Positions 8,643-18,442 of a stretch of 32,000 nt of DNA are shown here, in pieces. The stretch spans positions 60,001 to 92,000 of the forward strand of contig CAZYLT010000007.1 of assembly GCA_964648855.1 (NCBI GenBank). Direction: 5' to 3'. This DNA is from an uncultured archaeon (GTDB taxonomy: Archaea; Asgardarchaeota; Thorarchaeia; Thorarchaeales; Thorarchaeaceae). The notes beneath the pieces are model-generated. The model was not told the origin of the DNA. It made no database searches and saw only the letters and a list, made by a program, of their open reading frames with translations. Each line of letters opens with the position of its first letter. The first letter of the stretch is position 1. The translations under genes were made by a program, and so were the position numbers.

Positions 8643-9572
8643 CTACTGAATTGAAATTTTTCCCTCGCGAAGACTAAGAATATTCCTCTCTTCCATATCC
8701 TCCATGTGCTTTTTTATCATAAACTCCTCAAAAATCCGATAGGCATTGCTTGGAAACCTAGGATAAATAAGAGGTTCATTTGTCAGTTTTCGGATTGTAT
8801 CCTTTCCCTGCCTAATGTGGCGGAGGATTCGATTTTCTCTCTTGTCAAATTCCTCCAGATATGCATTCAATCTCTTGTCTAATTGCCTTGTGACCGGCTC
8901 AAGAAGATGACTGCTAATTCCGGTCTTCGGTTCTAATTCGATGATCTTCTCGATAGATTTCTTGAAATCTCTGACGTTACTGACCGCATTGCCATACCAC
9001 GGTCCAAATGATGTCAAATCTATATCAACAAGCAGCATCAAGTCATAGCCACCAATTCCAATTACCGTGTGATCAATTGTATGCCCAGGCGTGTGAATGG
9101 GTATAAGTTCAATATGACCACAGTCAATCGGTTTTCGGTCTTCAAGAAATCCCGTGACTTGATAGTTTGAACGTACGTGAGGCAAAAATGAACTAAGGAG
9201 CTTACTCCATTCTGGAAAGAATTCGTGACCTTTTATTCCATAGTAGTCGACCATTCCCTCAAATGTCGCAATTCCGTCTTCCGCGTGTGGATGACAAATG
9301 ACCTCGCAACTAGATATTTGTCGTATTTGTTCGGCGTGACCTTTATGATCTATATGGAAGTGAGTTAGAACGATTTGGTCGATATCCTGAAGTGAATGGC
9401 CAATTTTCTTCAAGGCATATTCCGTGTGGTCAATATGCGTACCCGCATCTATCAGGGTTAGCAACTCGTCATCAATGAGCATTGAGTTTGCCTGAGGAAA
9501 ACGTGACGCATTCTTTCCACGAAGAAGATAGACATTCTCTGTTATCTCAGAATAAATCGGATAATCCTGCAA
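8643..9572 (-). CDS. Metallo-beta-lactamase fold hydrolase
   Basis: LIDAG, THFHIDH (HxHxDH), HTPGHT, DIDLTSFGPWYG, SSH motifs; TTG start. Confidence 0.9.
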   Translation of the reverse strand: MQDYPIYSEITENVYLLRGKNASRFPQANSMLIDDELLTLIDAGTHIDHTEYALKKIGHSLQDIDQIVLTHFHIDHKGHAEQIRQISSCEVICHPHAEDGIATFEGMVDYYGIKGHEFFPEWSKLLSSFLPHVRSNYQVTGFLEDRKPIDCGHIELIPIHTPGHTIDHTVIGIGGYDLMLLVDIDLTSFGPWYGNAVSNVRDFKKSIEKIIELEPKTGISSHLLEPVTRQLDKRLNAYLEEFDKRENRILRHIRQGKDTIRKLTNEPLIYPRFPSNAYRIFEEFMIKKHMEDMEERNILSLREGKISIQ

Positions 9573-9691
9573 TCTGTTTACTCCTGGTAGGTCAATCGAA
9601 ACTGCATATCCTGGTTCTCTGAATTGCTTAATTAATGTGGATATTGCTCGAAGGACTCAACTCACATATCTGGTATCATATGTTGACTTAC

Positions 9692-10549
9692 CTAATCATT
9701 CTCAAACCAATTAGCTGCTAAAATGCCTTCCTTATCAATCTCGAAGCCCAAGGATTTGTAGAGGTTAACAGCCTCTTTGTTATCTTGATGAACACGCAAA
9801 CTACATCGATTGCATCCAAGTTCAATCATTCGATTCAAGGCGTAGTTTGCTATTTCTCTTCCGAGCCCCTTTCCTCTGTGACTGGGCGCTACCGCAATGG
9901 AGTTCAAAACCTGTCCATCTATACCTAGCGCAACAATACCCACTGTCTGAGCCCCACTCATCACCAGATAGCTTCCTCGCTTATCGAACCACCCGTTTAG
10001 CGTTTCTTGGGGAACACTCATCATATGCTTCATGATTTTAGCTGCTGTTTTGTCTCCGGTTCCTTGGTAGTATTTGTGTTGAAGGCGAAGCAACTTTCTT
10101 CTTGTTTCTTCGCTGTTTGCTAGAACAAACTCAAGTCTTGTTTCCTCAGGATAAGATTCCATGAGTTCAGTTTTCATCAAAAAATAACGGTCCACGATTT
10201 CGAAGCCTTCTTCCTGCAAGACCACCAAGTTAGAATCTTCTTTTGCGGAATCAGAGTGATAAACTAGATAGCGTAAATCTACCTTCGCAGCTAGGTCCTT
10301 TACGGGACTTACTGCCTGTTGGATTCTCTCTTTCGGTAAGTCATCGTGAGCAAGGAATAGTCTTCCAAGATGTGTTCCCGCGGGTTCCAGCATATAAGCC
10401 GGTTCAGTGACTGAAGATATGACAAATACTGGGATGTTGTTTCCAATGATCCAATATTCCTTTTCTTGCTTCTCAAGCTCTTCGGCTCTGTCAATCACTT
10501 CTTTCCGAAGTGATTCGAAGGATGGATCTCCTTTTTGATGGAATTTCAC
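9692..10549 (-). CDS. GNAT family N-acetyltransferase (C-terminal GNAT domain, degenerate N-terminal domain)
   Basis: IAVAPSHRGKGLG acetyl-CoA motif A and LRVHQDNKEAVNLYKSLGF motif B. Confidence 0.88.
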   Translation of the reverse strand: MKFHQKGDPSFESLRKEVIDRAEELEKQEKEYWIIGNNIPVFVISSVTEPAYMLEPAGTHLGRLFLAHDDLPKERIQQAVSPVKDLAAKVDLRYLVYHSDSAKEDSNLVVLQEEGFEIVDRYFLMKTELMESYPEETRLEFVLANSEETRRKLLRLQHKYYQGTGDKTAAKIMKHMMSVPQETLNGWFDKRGSYLVMSGAQTVGIVALGIDGQVLNSIAVAPSHRGKGLGREIANYALNRMIELGCNRCSLRVHQDNKEAVNLYKSLGFEIDKEGILAANWFEND

Positions 10550-10736
10550 CCGTCAACCTCATACTAGAGTATTTTTGTTCGGTCTTGTATTTTCTGGTTT
10601 TCTCTCTGTTTGAAACTAGCAAAAAAGCTAGCATAAATATGCGAATCAACCACATTATCGTTCCTCATCGTGGAAAAACAGATTATTCATATTGTGCAAT
10701 GAACACTATTTCTGCTAGCAAACTAGGTGGCATATC

Positions 10737-12194
10737 ATGACAGACCGGGTCTTTGCAGTATTTGACATAGGTACAACGGGTGCACGTTCAGTGCTATTGA
10801 ATGAAGAAGGAAAGGAACTGAGCAAGGCTTACGAGGAATATCCCGTAAAGCCGCGAGATATTGGAACGCACGAGCAGCTATCTGAAACCTTTTGGAGGAC
10901 TGCATGCAACACAATGCAGAGGGCATTAACTGGCTACGATGCTGGGGCAGATGCTGTATTTGCAGTTATTGTCACAACAACCCGGGATTGCATCACTCCG
11001 GTGGATGAGAAGGGAGCCCCCCTCGCGCCTACAGTGACATGGGTTGATAACCGGTCAAGCAAGAGAGCCAAGGAGCTAGCGGAGGATATTGGACCGCGGA
11101 AAAGCGTAAACAAAATAATGTGGTTCATGGATGAGCGTCCAAAATTATACGAAACAGCTAACAAATTCATTCATCTTGACGCATATATCAACTATCGACT
11201 CTGTGAGAGGATGGTGAGTGAACCTGCGAATGCCCGTTTTGGCCCTGTTGATCATGACACCTTAGAATGGTCCGAAGAATTGCTTGAAATAACAGATATC
11301 GATAGAGATAAGCTAGTTGATATTGTTGAGCCCGGAACTACGCTAGGTCAAATAACTGATGGAGCATCGAAAGCGACGGGGCTTAGGTCAGGAACCACTG
11401 TCATAATGGGAAGTGGCGACCAGCAATGTTCCGCCCTGGGAACTGGAACAATCGAGACTGGAATTGTCAAGGCTACGACAGGTACTGGTACTTTCGTCAT
11501 AACCCATACCGATGAATGCCTCGAAGACCCTTATGTGATGTTTTCAAATCCAGCGGCGATTCCTGGGAAATGGATTCTGGAGGGAGTGACTCCTGGAACG
11601 GGCTTGGCATTCAAATGGTATCGCGACCAATACTGCCAGCAGGAAGCTCAAGTTGCTGCACAGTCAGAAGCAAACACCTACGAGATTATTGAAGCCTCAG
11701 CTTCGGAGGTGCCCGCCGGAAGCGACGGTCTCGTCATATTTCCATTCATGGCTTACAAGAAAGGAATATTCTACAACCTGGGATTCGAGCATACGAAAGC
11801 TCACGTAGCTAGAGCCATAATGGAGGCAAACGGGTACAGCATTCAAATGTATCTTGAGATGATGGAGGGAATGCTTGACTTAGAATTTGACCAGCTCCGA
11901 ATTGATGGTGGTGGTGCTAACTCCCCACTGTGGCGCCAAATCCAGGCTGATTGTACAAACAGAACTGTTGTTCTCCCACGGGTATCGGATTCGACTGCCG
12001 TTGGAGCAGCAATCCTGGGAGCAGTTGGAACCGGTGTCTTTGGCACATTTGAGGAAGCCGTGGACAATATGTATCATGTTGAAGAACGGAGAGTACCAAT
12101 TCCAGAAAATGTTGAAGTATACCAGCAGCAATATACTGTTTTCAACAAGCTGTTGATTGCTGAAATGGCTGCAATCCTCGAGGCTACAACCTAG
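10737..12194 (+). CDS. FGGY family kinase, glycerol-kinase-like
   Basis: FDIGTTGARS, TTRD, TWVDNR, GSGDQQ, KATTGTGTF, LRIDGGGA, WRQIQAD, AVGAAILG motifs. Confidence 0.92.
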   Translation: MTDRVFAVFDIGTTGARSVLLNEEGKELSKAYEEYPVKPRDIGTHEQLSETFWRTACNTMQRALTGYDAGADAVFAVIVTTTRDCITPVDEKGAPLAPTVTWVDNRSSKRAKELAEDIGPRKSVNKIMWFMDERPKLYETANKFIHLDAYINYRLCERMVSEPANARFGPVDHDTLEWSEELLEITDIDRDKLVDIVEPGTTLGQITDGASKATGLRSGTTVIMGSGDQQCSALGTGTIETGIVKATTGTGTFVITHTDECLEDPYVMFSNPAAIPGKWILEGVTPGTGLAFKWYRDQYCQQEAQVAAQSEANTYEIIEASASEVPAGSDGLVIFPFMAYKKGIFYNLGFEHTKAHVARAIMEANGYSIQMYLEMMEGMLDLEFDQLRIDGGGANSPLWRQIQADCTNRTVVLPRVSDSTAVGAAILGAVGTGVFGTFEEAVDNMYHVEERRVPIPENVEVYQQQYTVFNKLLIAEMAAILEATT

Positions 12195-12261
12195 TATATC
12201 TTATGTGAAAACAAGTGAACAGTTTATCTTGAGATATACGTGAGTTACATTCCACAGGCTG

Positions 12262-12504
12262 CTACTCTTCGCTTCGCTGTTCCCAGATTCTCCCGAAGAA
12301 CACCAAACCCAATACTAGCTCTGATCCGCTGAGATTATCCGCAAGCCACTCAATAGATTCACTAATTGTGTCTTCATAATCATAAGCTTTCTGAGCATTC
12401 TTTACCAGATTTTCAAATTTATGATCGGGAATTCCAAGTGCGTCAGTCAGTTTCTCGACATCATGGTCAATTATTGTTAGCGTGCCTAGGTCATAGTTTG
12501 GCAT
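12262..12504 (-). CDS. Small acidic hypothetical protein (80 aa)
   Basis: Clean ORF in the gap with GGGTGA SD upstream and a helical acidic sequence. Confidence 0.7.
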   Translation of the reverse strand: MPNYDLGTLTIIDHDVEKLTDALGIPDHKFENLVKNAQKAYDYEDTISESIEWLADNLSGSELVLGLVFFGRIWEQRSEE

Positions 12505-12752
12505 TCAAAGTTCACCCACAGAGTATTCTCCTAAGACTTATACGCTTGAGAATGATGCCCCTTTTTAATTGAATTTATGATAGGGGTTGCTCAACTGTCA
12601 TCCTTGCTCCAATTATATTGAAACGCACATAGTATTGCATATTCTTTATTCGACCGTTCCGAAACACTAGTATTATGAGTCTGGTTTCTCTGCTAAGATT
12701 AATACTGGGGTACATTCAGTCGTATCCTCTAATCTAAGGAGTCTGCTAGGAT

Positions 12753-14405
12753 TTGAGTGAATTTGATGTAATCGTCATTGGCGGAGGAAGTACGGGAACT
12801 GCAGTGGCGCGTGACTGTGCAATGAGAGGCTTTCAAACGCTGCTACTGGAACGTGGTGATATTGCTTCCGCTACAGTTGGTACCTGCGCAGGGATGATAT
12901 CATCCGGTCTCAAGTACATGGATGAACCCGAGATTGTCGATATATGTAGCGATGAGGTGGTTCACCTTAATAGAATAGCACGACACCTCATAATGAAAAA
13001 TCCCATTCTTACTCCAATGCTGAAGATGAGCGATCTTTCAACTGGAGGTAATTTCGCAGAAGAATACTCAAAGCGAGCAGAAAAACGAGATGTTCCTCCA
13101 GTCCTGTTTCTGACGCCCGAAGACTCTATGAAAATCGAACCGAAGCTAAATCCCCAGATTATCGCCAGCATGTATTTCGAGGAGTTTTTCATCGACCCAT
13201 TCCGGTTCTGTCTTCTACAGGCCATTGATGCGGCTCGAAACGGAGCAGAAATTCGAACATATTGTGAAGTGACAGATATACTGAGGGATGAAGATTCGGT
13301 AACTGGTGTTGAATTCTTTGATGGACTCGAAGGAAAGGTCAAAACCGCGAAGGCAAAAATAATAGTCAATGCTGCAGGTCCCTGGGTGCCCAGTATTGCC
13401 GGATTTGCCAATGCCAATGCGGAGATTCGTCCCAATAAGGGTGCACATGTTATCTTCGATAGACGAATCGTCAATGTTGGTATAATTGCTCGCGCAGTCG
13501 ATGGGCGGATGATCTATCTCTTCCCACACGAAAACACAACTCTGCTGGGAACTACTGCGTTGGATTCTTGGGAGGACCCAGACATCCTGGTTGCATCGCA
13601 GGATGAGATTGAATATCTGATGAAGAGCATGGAATGGGTTATACCCTCCATAAGAGAGGCTAGAATAATTAGGACCATGGAAGGGGTACGACCACTTGTT
13701 GCCGATTGGAAGAAGCCAGAGGGCGAAGTCACAAGAGGATATGAGATTATCAACCATGCTGAGGAGGGCGTAGAGGGTCTGATTAGTTTCACTGGCGGCA
13801 AGCTGGTGATGTGTCGACATATGGCTGAAGCCGCCACAGACATTGTCGCAGAAAAATTCGGGACTGCTGTTGAATGCAAAACACACCTTCAGCCCTTACC
13901 TGGAAACGAGGATGATATTGACATTCTGTCCTTGTCAAAGAAGTACAAGGTCTCTCAACACGCATTAGAAAGAATGAGGGCCAGAAGAGGTACCGAAATG
14001 CAGAATGTGTTGAACCTGCTGGATGAGAATCCATCATGGAGAACTACGATTTGCACATGCGAACCTGTCATTGAAGCAGAAGTAAGGTATGCGATTCAAG
14101 AGGAGTTTCCGCAGACTCTGGATGATTTACGTCGTCGATTGCGACTTGGCACAGGCCCTTGCCAAGCCACTTTTTGTACGTATAAAGCTGCAGCAATAAT
14201 GGCTGATGAACTAGACCTGTCTGGAACACAATTCCAACTCGAGATTCTGGATTATCTTGCAGAACGATGGAAAGGTAAGAGACCTCCTCTTCGGGATGTC
14301 AGCATCTCTCAAGAGGAAGTTCTGCAGGGCACTTATGCTTGCGTTGCGAACCTCGATCATGAAGAGATTGACTATAGAAAGAAACCTTGGGAGGAGGTGC
14401 GCTGA
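12753..14405 (+). CDS. glpA: Anaerobic glycerol-3-phosphate dehydrogenase subunit A-like flavoprotein
   Basis: IGGGSTG FAD motif, IDPFR, VNAAGPW, KGAH, LLGTT, GVRPL, GGKL, and a C-terminal BFD-like [2Fe-2S] motif CTCE...RLGTGPCQATFC. TTG start with AAGGAG SD. Confidence 0.88.
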   Translation: MSEFDVIVIGGGSTGTAVARDCAMRGFQTLLLERGDIASATVGTCAGMISSGLKYMDEPEIVDICSDEVVHLNRIARHLIMKNPILTPMLKMSDLSTGGNFAEEYSKRAEKRDVPPVLFLTPEDSMKIEPKLNPQIIASMYFEEFFIDPFRFCLLQAIDAARNGAEIRTYCEVTDILRDEDSVTGVEFFDGLEGKVKTAKAKIIVNAAGPWVPSIAGFANANAEIRPNKGAHVIFDRRIVNVGIIARAVDGRMIYLFPHENTTLLGTTALDSWEDPDILVASQDEIEYLMKSMEWVIPSIREARIIRTMEGVRPLVADWKKPEGEVTRGYEIINHAEEGVEGLISFTGGKLVMCRHMAEAATDIVAEKFGTAVECKTHLQPLPGNEDDIDILSLSKKYKVSQHALERMRARRGTEMQNVLNLLDENPSWRTTICTCEPVIEAEVRYAIQEEFPQTLDDLRRRLRLGTGPCQATFCTYKAAAIMADELDLSGTQFQLEILDYLAERWKGKRPPLRDVSISQEEVLQGTYACVANLDHEEIDYRKKPWEEVR

Positions 14406-15764
14406 TTGAGAATGGACTCTGATGTTCTCATCATTGGGGGTGGAATGGCGGGCCTGATTGCTGGAACGAAGGCAGCTCAAGAAGGCGCCTCAGTGACAAT
14501 CGTTAGAAAAGGAGAGGGCGCCACATCGGATTCATCGGGCGCGATTGATATTCTTGGCTACTTGCCCGGTGCTACAATTCCATTTCTGTCTTCATTCGAA
14601 GCATTGAATGCTGTAACTCGATTGATGCCTTTCCACCCGTATACAGTCCTTAGTAGACATAGAGGTGGTCCTGCATCATCCGAACATCTAATTGAGAATA
14701 TGAGCCAATCTGTTGGATTCCTGAAGAATCTACTTGAAGCTTCTGAGATTCGATTAGTCGGTGGGTTGGAAGAGAACTTAGCGCTTCTGACGGTACTCGG
14801 AACAACAAAACCCTCCGCCTTGGTTCAAGACACAATGGTATCTGACCACCACACGGATGACACTTCTGTCATTCTCTTTGCAGGCATCAAAGGTCTTCAG
14901 GATTTCAATTCCCGTGCTGCAGCGCGAACATACTTAAGCCATCAAATGGCGAGCGAAAGCGGCACACAGAGGGCTGCACAGATTGACCTTGATATTTCCC
15001 CCTTTGGCAAACCGTACAATATTGCAATGATGGATGCAGCAAGATACATGGAAACAGATGAAGGTCTTGAGGTTCTCAAAGAAGCACTCTCAACAGAGGT
15101 AGGTAAAATCGGAGCAACGCATGTTGCTATAGCTCCAATATTGGGTATTCACAAGACTCGAGAGATACGAGATGCTCTTGAGAAAGAAACAGGGGCATCC
15201 GTGTTCGAACTGTTATCATTTCCACCTTCAGTACCAGGCTATAGACTGTCTCGTTCTCTTGAAATTGCCTTCAGGAAGGCTGGTGGAACATTGTTGGTTG
15301 GGCATGAGGCTTTTGATTATGAGAGAAATGGTGTCATTTCATCAGTAACTGCCAGAAGTCCTCGAAGAACTCTAGAATTGACTGCAAAGACATTCATCTT
15401 GGCAACTGGAAAATTCATAGGTGGTGGAATTCACGGGGGTGAACGTGGATTACACGAGAGTCTGTTTGGACTCCCAGTAGTAGATGCAGACCGGAATCTG
15501 TTAGTCAAGGAAAAACCTGTGCATTTGACAAATATCAGTGCTATCTCTCCAGAAGGACATACCCTCTTTGCTGCGGGAGTCCCATATGACCATATGCTCC
15601 GCCCCCTAGATTCCAGCGGTATCATATTTGCAGAGAATCTCTTTTGCGCTGGTGGAGTATTATCGGGACATAATTATCCTCTAGAAAAGAGCGGTCTGGG
15701 AGTGGCTCTCCTATCAGGTCATGCAGCTGGTAGAATTGCCGCAGAATATGTGGAGGAGGCATGA
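14406..15764 (+). CDS. glpB: Anaerobic glycerol-3-phosphate dehydrogenase subunit B-like protein
   Basis: IGGGMAG, SSGAIDILG, GTTKPS, FPPSVPGYRL, LATGKFIGGG, EKSGLGVAL motifs. Alternative ATG at 14412. Confidence 0.9.
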   Translation: MRMDSDVLIIGGGMAGLIAGTKAAQEGASVTIVRKGEGATSDSSGAIDILGYLPGATIPFLSSFEALNAVTRLMPFHPYTVLSRHRGGPASSEHLIENMSQSVGFLKNLLEASEIRLVGGLEENLALLTVLGTTKPSALVQDTMVSDHHTDDTSVILFAGIKGLQDFNSRAAARTYLSHQMASESGTQRAAQIDLDISPFGKPYNIAMMDAARYMETDEGLEVLKEALSTEVGKIGATHVAIAPILGIHKTREIRDALEKETGASVFELLSFPPSVPGYRLSRSLEIAFRKAGGTLLVGHEAFDYERNGVISSVTARSPRRTLELTAKTFILATGKFIGGGIHGGERGLHESLFGLPVVDADRNLLVKEKPVHLTNISAISPEGHTLFAAGVPYDHMLRPLDSSGIIFAENLFCAGGVLSGHNYPLEKSGLGVALLSGHAAGRIAAEYVEEA

Positions 15765-17008
15765 AAATGAGTGAAGAAGAATCATATGAATTCGTGAAGA
15801 ACACGTTGAAAGAAGAGGGTATACAGCCCTATGAGCCCTCCGAATTGGAGACTATCCATAGTATCGAACAGTGCATCAACTGTGGCTTGTGCATCAATCA
15901 TTGCCCTGTTGTTTCAGCGGTGGGAGTTGATCGCTTTGCTGGTCCGCGTAGCATAGCCGTAGAATTCAGCAGGACTCCTCCTGAATTTTGGTCTACTGGT
16001 GACCATGTGTATCTTTGTACCGGTTGTGGGACTTGTCGTGAGGTCTGCCCAAACAATGTGGATATTCCGGAAATTGTCAATGTCATTCGCGCACGTATTT
16101 TCACTCAGAGGCCGGATTTGGTTCCGAAGGCGTTGCATGCTCAGAATGCAATAATTCACGAGTACAACCTAGCGTTTGAACCCTGGGAAGATATTGAGGA
16201 TAAGAACGCAAGTCGGGATATGCGATTGGAGCGTCTAAATCTCCCTTATTACAAAGAACGCATCAAACAAGATGCCAAGGTTCTATTCTATCCCGGTTGT
16301 CAAGCGGAAGAGAGAGCACAAGAGGTACGGGAGGCTGGAAAGATCATTTTGGAGCATTTTGGTATCGATTATACTCTCTTGGATGAATTGAGCTGTTGTG
16401 GAATGCCTTCAAGGCTCATTGGCGATCATGAGAAGGCGGAAGACCTTGCCCGATCATTGAAGGAAAAGATTGACGCATTGGGCGTGGAGGCGATTGTGAC
16501 GACCTGTGCTGGTTGTACGTCGAATCTTACGAGTGTCGCGCACGTCTATGGATGGCAACTGCCGACCTATCATATGCTTGAGTATTTGGTAGAAGAAATC
16601 GGAATAGACCGGATTTCTGAGGCGGTAAATCAGCAGGAAAAACCAGAAGAGACTGTTGTCACGGTACACGACCCATGTCACCTCATACGGCACACATCTA
16701 GGAGAGTTATGGACTACGCACTGGACATTCTCAAAATAATGAATGGTGTTGAGGTTGACGAAGAGAGCGCGCATGATTCATGCTGTGGAGGTGGCGGCTT
16801 AGTAGCCAGACACTCGCCTGACGTGTCCAAGAAAGTCGTGGACGCGAACGTCTTTGCAATCTCAAAGACTGAGGGAAAGAGAGTTGTCACTCCTTGCCCC
16901 TTGTGTACTGCTCAGATTGAGGATAATCTATTCAGAAGTGGAATTGACATTGATGTCGAAGACCTCAGTGTATTCATCGCCAGAAGGCTTTCTCGAAAGG
17001 AGGACTAA
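15761..17008 (+). CDS. glpC: GlpC-like Fe-S protein (2x[4Fe-4S] plus two CCG domains)
   Basis: CINCGLCINHCP, CTGCGTCREVCP, YPGC..SCCG..CAGC, HDPC..CCGGGG..CPLC; ATGA overlap with glpB. Confidence 0.85.
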   Translation: MKMSEEESYEFVKNTLKEEGIQPYEPSELETIHSIEQCINCGLCINHCPVVSAVGVDRFAGPRSIAVEFSRTPPEFWSTGDHVYLCTGCGTCREVCPNNVDIPEIVNVIRARIFTQRPDLVPKALHAQNAIIHEYNLAFEPWEDIEDKNASRDMRLERLNLPYYKERIKQDAKVLFYPGCQAEERAQEVREAGKIILEHFGIDYTLLDELSCCGMPSRLIGDHEKAEDLARSLKEKIDALGVEAIVTTCAGCTSNLTSVAHVYGWQLPTYHMLEYLVEEIGIDRISEAVNQQEKPEETVVTVHDPCHLIRHTSRRVMDYALDILKIMNGVEVDEESAHDSCCGGGGLVARHSPDVSKKVVDANVFAISKTEGKRVVTPCPLCTAQIEDNLFRSGIDIDVEDLSVFIARRLSRKED

Positions 17009-17014
17009 GCTACC

Positions 17015-18442
17015 ATGCTCGATAGAAAGAAGAGAAACAAGCTCAGTGATTCGTTGGAAGAAGTTGTCGGTTCTGAACATGTCACCAAACAAGAAACAGA
17101 CGGGATTCTCAATGCCCATGACGCTTTTCCATTAAGCGCTGCCAAAATTAGAGCAGGGGAAAGGCTTCCCATTGCGGATGTTATCGTATTTCCTAAATCT
17201 GCTGATGAAGTATCAGAGATTCTTAGGATTTGTAATCGAATGATGATTCCTGTCATTCCTGTTGGCGGAGGGGCAGGAAGCTGTGGAGGGACTCTACCGA
17301 TTTATGGTGGCGTACAAGTTGATATGAAACGAATGAACAAGATTCATGGGATTGACCATGAGTCAATGCTCGTTAGAGCAGAGGCTGGGGTTGTGGGTAT
17401 TGACTTGGAGGAATATGTGAACAAGGCAGGATACATAACTGGACACACACCTACATCACTCCGCGCATCAAATGTTGGTGGCTTCATTGGCACGCGCTCA
17501 GGAGGTTCGATGTCTTCTCTTTATGGTAAGATTGAGGACCTCTGTCTTGGACTCCAGGTAGTCTTGCCTGATGGCAGTATCGTGGATTTAAAGGCTGTTC
17601 CAAGACATTCGGTGGGTCCCGATTTGAAACAGTTGTTCATTGGCTCAGAAGGCACTTTGGGAATAATCACTGAAGCCACTCTACGCCTCTTTCCTATGCC
17701 TGAAGAACGTAGATTCAGAAGCATATCGTTTCCAGATGTTCACACTGGTCTTCAAACCATTCGGCAAATTTTCCGGAACGGAATCAAGCCATCGGTTGTA
17801 CGTCTTTATGACCCAGAAGATACAGCATTGTCAATCAGTGTGCATTTTGATGTCCCCGAAGGTAACTGTATGCTATTACTGGCATTTGATGGGACGCGCG
17901 AGCAGGTAAACGTTGATGAAATGATGTGCGCCAATATTTGTCTGGCAAATGGAGGAACCGACTATGGTGCAGCTCCTGCGAGACGATGGTGGCAGCATCG
18001 ATATGATATGTACTATCCTACGAAATTCACGACAGCTGGATATGCGATTGGTGATACCATAGACATTGTTGCCACTTATGATAAACTGGAGAACGTCTAT
18101 CATGCCATGAAAGAAGCGATGGAGGCGCACGATGCCATTGTTATGTCACATTTCTCGCATATGTATCAGAATGGTGGTTCAATCTATATGATTTTCTTCA
18201 GTTCTCAACCGGATGCCGAGTCTGGCTGGGAAACTTATCAGAAAATATGGGGGGACGCAATTTCCGCTTGCTTGAAAGAGGGAGGTACTATGAGTCACCA
18301 GCATGGGGTAGGTCTTGTGAGGAGCACGTATACAGAGGATGAGCTTGGTTCAGCATTCCAAACGTTGAAGGCGATAAAACAAGTGATTGATCCGAACGGA
18401 ATCATGAATCCTGGAAAGCTTGGTCTGGGAGGCGAGCAGTGA
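17015..18442 (+). CDS. FAD-binding oxidoreductase, alkyl-dihydroxyacetone-phosphate synthase (AGPS)-like (VAO/PCMH family)
   Basis: PVGGGAGSCGG, GHTPTSLRASNVGG..TRSGG..S.LYGKIEDL, PRHSVGPD..LFIGSEGTLGIITEA, RLYD, SHQHGVG, DPNGIMNPGKL. Confidence 0.82.
   Translation: MLDRKKRNKLSDSLEEVVGSEHVTKQETDGILNAHDAFPLSAAKIRAGERLPIADVIVFPKSADEVSEILRICNRMMIPVIPVGGGAGSCGGTLPIYGGVQVDMKRMNKIHGIDHESMLVRAEAGVVGIDLEEYVNKAGYITGHTPTSLRASNVGGFIGTRSGGSMSSLYGKIEDLCLGLQVVLPDGSIVDLKAVPRHSVGPDLKQLFIGSEGTLGIITEATLRLFPMPEERRFRSISFPDVHTGLQTIRQIFRNGIKPSVVRLYDPEDTALSISVHFDVPEGNCMLLLAFDGTREQVNVDEMMCANICLANGGTDYGAAPARRWWQHRYDMYYPTKFTTAGYAIGDTIDIVATYDKLENVYHAMKEAMEAHDAIVMSHFSHMYQNGGSIYMIFFSSQPDAESGWETYQKIWGDAISACLKEGGTMSHQHGVGLVRSTYTEDELGSAFQTLKAIKQVIDPNGIMNPGKLGLGGEQ

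Noticed and set aside
10616-10720. Repeated GCTAGC/CTAGC palindromes upstream of the kinase
   Set aside because: The arms are only 5-6 bp and no matching copy was found upstream of glpA; too weak to call an operator.
12194-12239. GTATATCT...AGATATAC inverted repeat in the convergent gap
   Set aside because: It has a 30-nt loop and AT-rich arms, with no target-site duplication or second copy to support a MITE or terminator call.
14391-14414. glpA TGA is immediately followed in frame by glpB, suggesting selenocysteine or readthrough fusion
   Set aside because: A strong GGAGGTG SD precedes the glpB start, the TGA is not at a Cys-equivalent catalytic position, and GlpA and GlpB are normally separate proteins.
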